Origin: Gemmatimonadota bacterium
GTDB lineage: Bacteria; Gemmatimonadota; Gemmatimonadetes; Gemmatimonadales; GWC2-71-9
Assembly (NCBI GenBank): GCA_039586365.1
Contig: JBDHKN010000016.1
Span: 32,001-96,000, forward strand
Length of the DNA: 64,000 bases
Direction: 5' to 3'
Each line of letters opens with the position of its first letter. The first letter of the stretch is position 1. The notes under the pieces were generated by a model that saw only the letters and a program-made list of their open reading frames with translations, was not told the DNA's origin and ran no database searches. Of the stretch, positions 56,538-64,000 are shown one piece after another. The position numbers and the translations under genes were made by a program.

Positions 56538-58697
56538 TCAGCGGCTGGACTGGCTGCTGACCTCTGACGTTCCCGGCATCAGCTTGCGTTCAAGAAACTC
56601 AGCGGTGGCATTGTACACGGTGAGCACGTTGGCGTGACGCAAGAAGTGGTGTGTGTCCTCGGGAATCACGAGGGTCTCGTGCGGCACACCGTGATCGTCT
56701 AAGCGGCGCACCAGGTCCGCGCTCTGGTTGAAGCGAACATTGCGGTCGTCGTCGCCGTGAATAACCAGCACCGGCGACCGCCAGGTTGCCATGGATGATA
56801 CCGGTGATGATTCCCAGGCTACCTGCAATGCGCGCTCGATGTCAGGTGCCTGTTCGTAGCGGTCACGAGTCATCATGCCGCGTGCGCGCTCGCTGGTCCA
56901 ATCATGCACGCCGTGGACATCGACGCCGGCCGCGAACAAGTCGGAATTCCGTGCCAGAGCCAGCGCGGTAAGAAATCCCCCGTACGAGCCGCCGTAGATC
57001 CCGATGCGAGAACCGTCCACTTGCGGTAACGCGCGCAGGTACTCGGCGGCGGCCTTTACGTCCAGGTATTCCGCCGCCCCACGCGAGCCGGAGTTGGGTG
57101 GCTGGTGGAAGTCATAACCGTACCCGATGCCGAGTCGGAAGTTCACCGACAACACGACGAAGCCGCGACTAGTGAGATACTGGTTGACTGCATAGGCGTT
57201 TGAGTAGTAGTCCGAGTAGTGCCAACCCAGCAGCATTTGCCGGGGAGGCCCGCCGTGAACGAAGATCACTGCGGGTTTCTTCGCTGCGCCGCCTGGCTGC
57301 TCGAACATCTGGGCGTGGACGGTGACACCGTCCGGCGCCTGCAAGATCACCTGGGTCGGGGTGACGAGCTGCGCGGTAGGGAAGTCCGCTGGGATGCGGT
57401 CGGCAGCCAGTGTCTGGGTACTGCCATCCGCGAACGACATCACCATAGGAAGCGGTGGCTGCTGTGCTGTTGCGCCGATGAAGGCCAATGTGTTGCCGTC
57501 ACCCGTTACGGCCGGATACCAACCGAGTTGAGCGCCCGGCGTCATGACTTCGGGTGCCACCCGGTCCACCGGCACACGCACCACGTGCCGCCGTTCGATG
57601 TCGAGTGGATCGCTCCCCGTGTTGCCCGCGAAGACAAGCCACTTGCCATCATGACTCAGTGAGATGTGCTCGGCCATATACTCACCGGGGGTGAGCAGCA
57701 GCGGGTCGCCGCCGCTATCGCGGATCGAGTAGAGGTGCTGCCAACCGTCCTCATACGAGAGGAACACGATCCGTCCAGCCGCGGTCCAGTGAAGGTTGCT
57801 GCCACCATGAGTGCTGGGGACCGATCCCTCCAGTGTCTCCGGAGCCCGCCAAAGCCGCTGCCCTTCGCCCGTCGTGGCGTCGGCGGTCCAGATCTCCCAG
57901 GGCCGGTGTCGCCGCACGAGGATCGAATCGGGGGCCCCACCGGAGCCCGGTTGCCTCACGAAAGCGATCCGGGTTCCGTCAGGCGACCAGCGCGGCGAGC
58001 GGTCGCGTGCGAACGTCGGTGTGAGCCAGACAACCGGCGTGGAGTCATTGGTGTACACTCCGACGAACGCGTGGTCGCTCCGGTTGGAAACGAAGGCAAG
58101 ACGCGAGCCGTCTGGTGACCAGCGCGGTTCTCCATTGCTCCCGCGCGCCGAGAAGAGCACTTTGGCCTGGGCAGAACCATCGATAGGTACGGTCCAAATC
58201 TGCCCATTCTTCACGAAGGCCACGACCTCGCTGCGCGGTGAAATCACCGGTCCCTCGCCGTCACCCAAGACTGTGGGCTCGCCGCCCGCGAACGGGGCAG
58301 AGAGAATCTGGACTTTGGGTGGCGTAGGGCTGCTCGTGACGTTCACCGGCTGGTGATCGTCCCAGTTCGACCCGTGGTCGCCGCCGCGTACGTACACCAC
58401 CCAGCGCCCGTCAGGCGACAGCGCAACACTCGATAGTTCCTGCCCGTCGTCAGCGAGGTAACGCGTTAGGCGCCGTGCCGCGAAGTCGGGTCCGGCAGCT
58501 ACGTAAATGTTGCGTTGGCCTTGTTCGTTGAACGCCCAGGCGAGCCGAGCGCCGGTTGCCGCCGTAGTGAGCTCGGTGGGGAACGGATAGGAGCGTACCT
58601 GCTCGAATGTGAAGCCTGCGGCGGGTGCGCTCTGGGCTGAGACCGTTCCTGCCACAGTGGCGAGGGCGATTAGGCAAGTCCCGAGAGGTTTGTTCAT
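56538..58697 (-). CDS. S9 prolyl oligopeptidase family with PD40 repeats
   Basis: Signal peptide; WSPDG repeats, HGGP, GGSYGG, HGDDDRNV, EDTHH. Confidence 0.93.
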   Translation of the reverse strand: MNKPLGTCLIALATVAGTVSAQSAPAAGFTFEQVRSYPFPTELTTAATGARLAWAFNEQGQRNIYVAAGPDFAARRLTRYLADDGQELSSVALSPDGRWVVYVRGGDHGSNWDDHQPVNVTSSPTPPKVQILSAPFAGGEPTVLGDGEGPVISPRSEVVAFVKNGQIWTVPIDGSAQAKVLFSARGSNGEPRWSPDGSRLAFVSNRSDHAFVGVYTNDSTPVVWLTPTFARDRSPRWSPDGTRIAFVRQPGSGGAPDSILVRRHRPWEIWTADATTGEGQRLWRAPETLEGSVPSTHGGSNLHWTAAGRIVFLSYEDGWQHLYSIRDSGGDPLLLTPGEYMAEHISLSHDGKWLVFAGNTGSDPLDIERRHVVRVPVDRVAPEVMTPGAQLGWYPAVTGDGNTLAFIGATAQQPPLPMVMSFADGSTQTLAADRIPADFPTAQLVTPTQVILQAPDGVTVHAQMFEQPGGAAKKPAVIFVHGGPPRQMLLGWHYSDYYSNAYAVNQYLTSRGFVVLSVNFRLGIGYGYDFHQPPNSGSRGAAEYLDVKAAAEYLRALPQVDGSRIGIYGGSYGGFLTALALARNSDLFAAGVDVHGVHDWTSERARGMMTRDRYEQAPDIERALQVAWESSPVSSMATWRSPVLVIHGDDDRNVRFNQSADLVRRLDDHGVPHETLVIPEDTHHFLRHANVLTVYNATAEFLERKLMPGTSEVSSQSSR

Positions 58698-58965
58698 GGC
58701 CGAACCATCCTGGAGGGGAGACGAATGCCGCAATGTATGCGACTCGACACGGGGTATCCAGGCGGCGGTTCGCAACTCCCCGCTACCGAGTCGCGCGATG
58801 TCACCCGGATTGCTTTGGTACTGACAGCGACGCTGTAGCTGGAACGGCGCGATCGCAGGGAATAGCGTCTACATTATCGTGGTAATGCGGTGCCAGAGGA
58901 TGCTGTGTGAAGAAGCTTCGTCGGTCTTCAACCTGGTGAGACGATGCTCGGTCGCGCGTTGAAAT

Positions 58966-60300
58966 ATGGTGGACGCTAGCGCATCAGCGTCATCCGAGAG
59001 ATCCGCTCATTGGGGGCCGGTTACTGAACGGGAGCGGATTGTGACGCTGGACGTACTACGTGGCGTTGCAGTCTGCGGCATTCTCTTGGCCAACATCCTG
59101 ATCTTTGCTTTCCCCGCAGACTCTGCCAACCTCATAGGCGAAAGTTCGAGAACAGGCGACCAACTGGTGGGAGTGTTCCAGGGGCTGTTTGTAGAGGGGA
59201 AGTTCTATTCACTGTTCTCGATCCTGTTCGGCGTGGGTATCGCCTTGCAGAACCGTCGTGCGCGGTGCCTTAACCAACAGTTTGCCAAGGTGTATGTCAG
59301 GCGGCTGATAGTGTTGATTTTCATCGGGATCGTGCACGGTCTCTTTTTCTTCGCTGCTGATATCCTTGCCTTCTACGCAGTTGTCGCCTTCATCGCATTG
59401 CCATTTCGGAACGCAAGGACGAGCACGCTGCTGCGCGCCGCCATCGTGTTCTATTGCATAGGACTGCTCTTCCTTGGGGTGTATGTGCAACGAAGCGAAG
59501 GGAACCTCATGCCACAGGAACCGAACTGGCGAACGCTCGTCGAAGACTCCCAATCTCCACAAAAGGGCGCGTGGCCGGTTGTCATACCGGTTGTGGCGGA
59601 TCTGCTGCGGTTATCCGAACTCGACTTCTATGAGTTCATGGCCGACGAGCAGCGGATCTTTGCGGAAGGTACTTGGCTGGAGATGGTGGGGCATCGTGCG
59701 GTGAGGTTCTCACTCATAGCCATGCCACTGAAACTCGTCTTCGTGAGCTGGAGAGTGCTGGGACTATTCCTTCTGGGAATGTACTTCGTGAGGCGTCTTC
59801 CCAGAGCCGACGCTACGGAAGCAGCCAGTGGTTACAAGGGCAGGGCCGTAAGCTTCTTCGCACTGGGGATGATCCTTCAGCTCGTCGGTGTTGTTGCCCA
59901 AGTGGGTGTTGGGCAGTACATGCTGGCGCTACCTGTGTTTCTCATTGGAGTTTTCACTGGAATCGTTGCGGTGAGCCTGGGTTACGCTGCCTGGATACTG
60001 ATGCTATGCACCAAGCAAGCTCGCTCCGCGCTGGTTCATGCTCTCGGCGCGGTAGGTCGCATGGCTCTCACCAATTACCTGGGTCAGTCGATCATCTGTG
60101 GCTCTATCTTCTATGGCTACGGTCTCGGGTTGTTTGGCCAGCTGCATCCCACTCAGGTGATGATGTTGACCGTCCCGATATTCGCTCTGCAACTCGTCGT
60201 CAGTAGCATTTGGCTCCGGCATTTTCAGTTTGGGCCTGTGGAGTGGATCTGGCGAACGTTGAGCTACATGCAAGTCCAGCCGATGCGGCGGACCCTGTGA
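58966..60300 (+). CDS. DUF418 (YeiB-like) membrane protein
   Basis: RI..LDVLRG.A..GI, KFYSLFS.LFG, GRMALTNYL.QS, FQFGPVEWIWR. Confidence 0.9.
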   Translation: MVDASASASSERSAHWGPVTERERIVTLDVLRGVAVCGILLANILIFAFPADSANLIGESSRTGDQLVGVFQGLFVEGKFYSLFSILFGVGIALQNRRARCLNQQFAKVYVRRLIVLIFIGIVHGLFFFAADILAFYAVVAFIALPFRNARTSTLLRAAIVFYCIGLLFLGVYVQRSEGNLMPQEPNWRTLVEDSQSPQKGAWPVVIPVVADLLRLSELDFYEFMADEQRIFAEGTWLEMVGHRAVRFSLIAMPLKLVFVSWRVLGLFLLGMYFVRRLPRADATEAASGYKGRAVSFFALGMILQLVGVVAQVGVGQYMLALPVFLIGVFTGIVAVSLGYAAWILMLCTKQARSALVHALGAVGRMALTNYLGQSIICGSIFYGYGLGLFGQLHPTQVMMLTVPIFALQLVVSSIWLRHFQFGPVEWIWRTLSYMQVQPMRRTL

Positions 60301-60502
60301 GCCTGTCCACCGGCTTGGTACCTAGGATGTGAGCTGCTGGTGATCGGGATCGCCAAACCGGTCAGATCGTTCACGCTCCCTGCCATGTCGGGACGGGGCA
60401 GCATGGAGCGGTTGAAAACCCGGGACCGGGACTCTATGGTCCGAGTTGCTCACGCTTGACGAGCGGAGCGCCAGTCAAATCAACAGTGGAGGACTTGCCC
60501 TC

Positions 60503-62017
60503 ATGAACCGATTTGCGGTCTGTTGCGCCATAGGCGGCGTCTTCGCCCTGGCTTCTCCCGACAAAGGCACACTTGCACAGGTCGACCCAAGAGCGACGGC
60601 CTTTTCCGCGGTCGATCGGAACAGCGCGGAGATCGGGAAGGTCGGCGATGCCATCTTCAGCTTTGCGGAGCTTGGCATGCAGGAGTTCGAGACAGCCAAG
60701 CTGTGTGCTGAGATTCTAGCTGACATGGGGTACGAGGTTGAGTCCGGCCTGTCCGGGATTCCAACAGCGCTACTTGCGACCTACGGGTCGGGCCAGCCCG
60801 TCATTGCGATCCATGTCGAGTACGATGCCGTGCCGAACGGCTCGCAAGCTGCAGGAGTCACGGAACGCAAGGAGCTCGTGGCAGGGGCGCCTGGACATGC
60901 GGAAGGTCACAACACCAACGCCGCTGTCTGGATCGGTGCAGCCTTTGCGATCAAGGATGCCATCGACAGGCACAACCTGGCCGGCACCATCAAGCTATTC
61001 TCCGCTCCTGCCGAGGAGCAGATCATCAGTCGGCCGTACTTCGTACGGGATGGCTATTTCACGGATGTCGACGCCGCGTTCCACGCGCATGTCGGCTCTT
61101 CGCTGGCGACGAGTTATGGTGTGAGACAGTACGCTGCGATGTCAGTGGAATACGAGTTCTTTGGCAAGACGGCACATGCGGGTTCCTCACCTTGGGCCGG
61201 AGTGAGTGCGGTCGATGCAGTCAAGCTGATGGACCTTGCATGGGATGTGCTGCGCGAACACCTGCCGCCCACGCAGCGGAGTCATTCCGTGATAACGCAC
61301 GGCGGGATTCAACCCAACGTTGTGCCTGACTATGCGAAGATCTGGTTCTACTTCCGCGAGTCCACCTACGAGGGCGCCAGGCACCTCCACGAGAGAGCGC
61401 ACCAAGTCGCGCAGGGTGCTGCGACGATGACTGGAGCGACCTTCGAGGAACATGTGCTCGCCGCGGTGTGGCCCACACGAGACAACAGGACGGTGGCAGA
61501 GGTGGTCCAGTCGAACATCGAGTTGGTTGGCATGCCAGATTGGACACCGGAAGAGCAGGCGCTGGCCCGTCGGATTCAGAGAGCTGCAACGGTCGCGGAG
61601 ACTGGCCTGCGGACGGGCACCTCGTCCCTGAATGAAGCGGCGCAGAGTACCAGTTCGAACGATTCGGGGGACATCACCTGGACCGTGCCTCATGGTCGGA
61701 TCACTTTTCCGGCCAACGTTCCCAATGTCCCGTTTCACCACTGGGCTGCCGCAATCGCCGAAGCCACCTCCATCGCACACAAGGGTAGCGTGGCTGGCGC
61801 CAAGGTGCTTGCAGGGGCAGTGATCGACCTACTCACGAATCCGCAGTTGCTGCTCGAGGCGCGGGAAACGTTCACGCAAGAGGTCAGCGGTTCTACCTAT
61901 CGGTCGCTGTTGCCGACCGCACAGGAGCCCCCGATCGACTTGAACTCGGAGGAGATGGCGAAGCACCGCGAGTTGATGAAAGCACACTACCAGAAAGTGC
62001 CGATTCGGTTCAGGTGA
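60503..62017 (+). CDS. M20 amidohydrolase (AbgB-like), secreted
   Basis: ELGMQEF, EYDA, GHAEGHN, PAEE, G.TAHA, PNVVP; signal peptide. Confidence 0.88.
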   Translation: MNRFAVCCAIGGVFALASPDKGTLAQVDPRATAFSAVDRNSAEIGKVGDAIFSFAELGMQEFETAKLCAEILADMGYEVESGLSGIPTALLATYGSGQPVIAIHVEYDAVPNGSQAAGVTERKELVAGAPGHAEGHNTNAAVWIGAAFAIKDAIDRHNLAGTIKLFSAPAEEQIISRPYFVRDGYFTDVDAAFHAHVGSSLATSYGVRQYAAMSVEYEFFGKTAHAGSSPWAGVSAVDAVKLMDLAWDVLREHLPPTQRSHSVITHGGIQPNVVPDYAKIWFYFRESTYEGARHLHERAHQVAQGAATMTGATFEEHVLAAVWPTRDNRTVAEVVQSNIELVGMPDWTPEEQALARRIQRAATVAETGLRTGTSSLNEAAQSTSSNDSGDITWTVPHGRITFPANVPNVPFHHWAAAIAEATSIAHKGSVAGAKVLAGAVIDLLTNPQLLLEARETFTQEVSGSTYRSLLPTAQEPPIDLNSEEMAKHRELMKAHYQKVPIRFR

Positions 62018-62165
62018 GATACGGGAGCGGCAACTGCGCTATACTGGGAAAGGTCGCAGGTGCAGGGGCAGTATCGGATGTGGGCGGCGAATCTCCTCAC
62101 AGAGTTGAGGGCAAGGGCGAACCGGAACGACTCACAACACTATACCGACAAGGAAGACGGACGCG

Positions 62166-63347
62166 ATGTCACCCAATCGAAGAGATTTCCTGAAGACCAC
62201 CGCTGTAGCCGGGACGACTCTAGGGCTAGGGCAGTGGCCGGCAGTCGCTGAGGGCCAACAGACACCCGCATCGGGGCCTCGACGGGTGGTCGCCCCCAAG
62301 CGCTTGCTGGTTCTCGGCGGGACAGGGTTCATCGGTCCCCACATGGTGGAGTATGCCCTGAGTCGTGGGCACAGTGTCACCATCTTCAACCGTGGGAGGA
62401 CCAACACCCACCTGTTTCCCGATGTGGAGAAGTTGGTGGGGGACCGCAACGATGACTTGCGTGCCCTGGATGGCCGCGAGTGGGATGTGGTGCTCGACAA
62501 CCACGCTACGCTCCCGCGCTGGGTGCGGCAGACTGCACAGCTCCTGAAAGATTCAGCCAAGCAATACATCCACGTATCGACCATCTCCGTGTACGACGGT
62601 GAGTCGACTAGCATGGGTGGAGAGCGGGACGCTGAACCGGGATCGGCTGAGGAAGACCGGCTTCGGATTGACGAGGATTCGAAGCTGGCGACGCTACCCG
62701 AAGGCTACGAAGGAGAAGAGGTCACTGGTCAGAGTTATGGTCCGTTCAAGGTTATGGCGGAGCAAGAAGCACGGCGGGCTTTCCCCGGTAGGGCAACGAT
62801 TGTACGGCCGGGTCTCATCGTGGGTCCGGGTGACCCAACTGACCGATTCACTTACTGGCCCGTCCGCATCGACCGTGGTGGTAACGTTCTCGTGCCAGGT
62901 GACGGACTCGACTCAGTCCAGTTCATCGACGTGCGGGACCTCACCGAATGGATTGTGCGTCTGGCGGAGGACGGGATAACTGGGACGTTCAATGCCACCG
63001 GTCCAGCCTCCCGGCTCTCGATGGCGGAGATGGTATATGGCATACGAGCAGCAACCAGCTCTCCCGTACGCTTCACTTGGGTGGACAGTGAATTCCTGGC
63101 AGAACATGAAGTGCAACCCTGGTCGCACATGCCGGTATGGATTCCGGCCGACAAGCTATCCTTCGTGCGAATCGACCGAGCGCTCGAAAAGGGGCTTACG
63201 TTCCGGCCACTCGCCGTAACAGCACGCGATACGATCGACTGGCACCAGACACGTCCCCTAGAGCAGCGTAACTCGATGCGAACCGGGCTCGAACCCGAGC
63301 GTGAAGCCCAATTGCTCGAGGAGTGGCGCACGAGGACTTCTCGCTGA
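62166..63347 (+). CDS. NAD-dependent epimerase/dehydratase with Tat signal
   Basis: NRRDFLK twin-Arg motif; LVLGGTGFIG; YGPFK; RPGLIVGPGD. Confidence 0.9.
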   Translation: MSPNRRDFLKTTAVAGTTLGLGQWPAVAEGQQTPASGPRRVVAPKRLLVLGGTGFIGPHMVEYALSRGHSVTIFNRGRTNTHLFPDVEKLVGDRNDDLRALDGREWDVVLDNHATLPRWVRQTAQLLKDSAKQYIHVSTISVYDGESTSMGGERDAEPGSAEEDRLRIDEDSKLATLPEGYEGEEVTGQSYGPFKVMAEQEARRAFPGRATIVRPGLIVGPGDPTDRFTYWPVRIDRGGNVLVPGDGLDSVQFIDVRDLTEWIVRLAEDGITGTFNATGPASRLSMAEMVYGIRAATSSPVRFTWVDSEFLAEHEVQPWSHMPVWIPADKLSFVRIDRALEKGLTFRPLAVTARDTIDWHQTRPLEQRNSMRTGLEPEREAQLLEEWRTRTSR

Positions 63348-63402
63348 ACGCGTGGTGTGACGAGGGCCAACCATATCGGTGTACTAAGCCCGATCCAGCG
63401 GC

Positions 63403-63675
63403 TCATGGTGACCTCAAGAACCACTCGGCGAGTTGCTCCAAACGCTGGTCACGCTGCTCTCGGGCGCGGACGAGAATGCGTTCGACGTGCGGCCGCAACC
63501 TTGGCTCACCCCACCTGTAGCCGGTAGCCAGCTCGGCGCTGTGGGGGTCGCCCAGGTTCCATCCTTCGATGAGAGCGCACGCAGCCGCTTCGTCGAACGC
63601 TGGGTCGTTGCGCTTGGGTAATGTGTAGCTGGTTTCGCGGCCCTCTGCGTCCTCGTCGACGAATGCCCTTGACAT
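63403..63675 (-). CDS. small hypothetical protein
   Basis: 90-aa ORF beginning MSRAFVDED; plausible composition; converges on the epimerase gene. Confidence 0.6.
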   Translation of the reverse strand: MSRAFVDEDAEGRETSYTLPKRNDPAFDEAAACALIEGWNLGDPHSAELATGYRWGEPRLRPHVERILVRAREQRDQRLEQLAEWFLRSP

Positions 63676-64000
63676 GTCGAATGCCTAACCACGTTATGGT
63701 TGATCCTGCAACCCCACTGCCAATTGACAGCCAGCATCACCGGTACGGCTCAGCCTCGCACAGCGGCCCCTACTCCGCGAAAGACACGGACACTTGATCC
63801 AGTCCGTCTGCACGCGGCGCTGCTACGCGGGCCGCGAGGAAAGTGAAGATCCCCAGGATTTGGGCGACCCTGATGGTGGCCTCTGTATGATTGGCGTCAC
63901 TTGGTGTGGTACACCGGACGCACGCTTCTCCCGGCATCACTCCGCGTCATTCATCCCTTGACGCTCAGCTGACGGGCTCCTTGCAGAATGGCGACGTGAC

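Noticed and set aside
63403..63675. GreA/GreB-like call from the MSRAFV N-terminus
   Set aside because: Too short and lacks the Gre C-terminal domain.
63683..63715. Isolated attC-like core upstream of 63675 (and similar heptamers near 29949 and 36152)
   Set aside because: No matching partner core or paired arms found; 7-mers occur by chance.
1..64000. Integrase, selABCD, tRNA and rRNA genes
   Set aside because: None recognised by eye; a tRNA could be missed without tRNAscan-SE.

Overview
GC-rich bacterial chromosomal window. The gene repertoire suggests Gemmatimonadota (inference): three Hanks-type Ser/Thr kinases with the LGRGGMA...ERFLREI signature, a PadR plus large ABC permease pair, and many secreted peptidases. 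About 8.2-17.3 kb is a decaying integron cassette array on the minus strand. It has four full-length and several collapsed attC-like sites, no integrase in the window, several deletion pseudogenes, and two copies of an IS110/IS1111-like end next to attC cores. At 20476-21285 an ArsM-like methyltransferase appears to read through an in-frame UGA followed by a SECIS-like hairpin, i.e. a probable selenoprotein that the ORF track truncates. The rest of the window holds four two-component systems, a GH2-galM-hydrolase operon, a cytidylate-kinase-like/TauE/REC/HK cluster, and several peptidases and hydrolases. Two unexplained non-coding signals were found: a ~48-bp element repeated 39.5 kb apart upstream of unrelated operons, and tandem CTTAC-N6-CTTAC boxes flanking one OmpR-family system. 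I recognised no rRNA, tRNA, CRISPR array, intI or selABCD. Family assignments come from motif recognition by eye; no database search was run.
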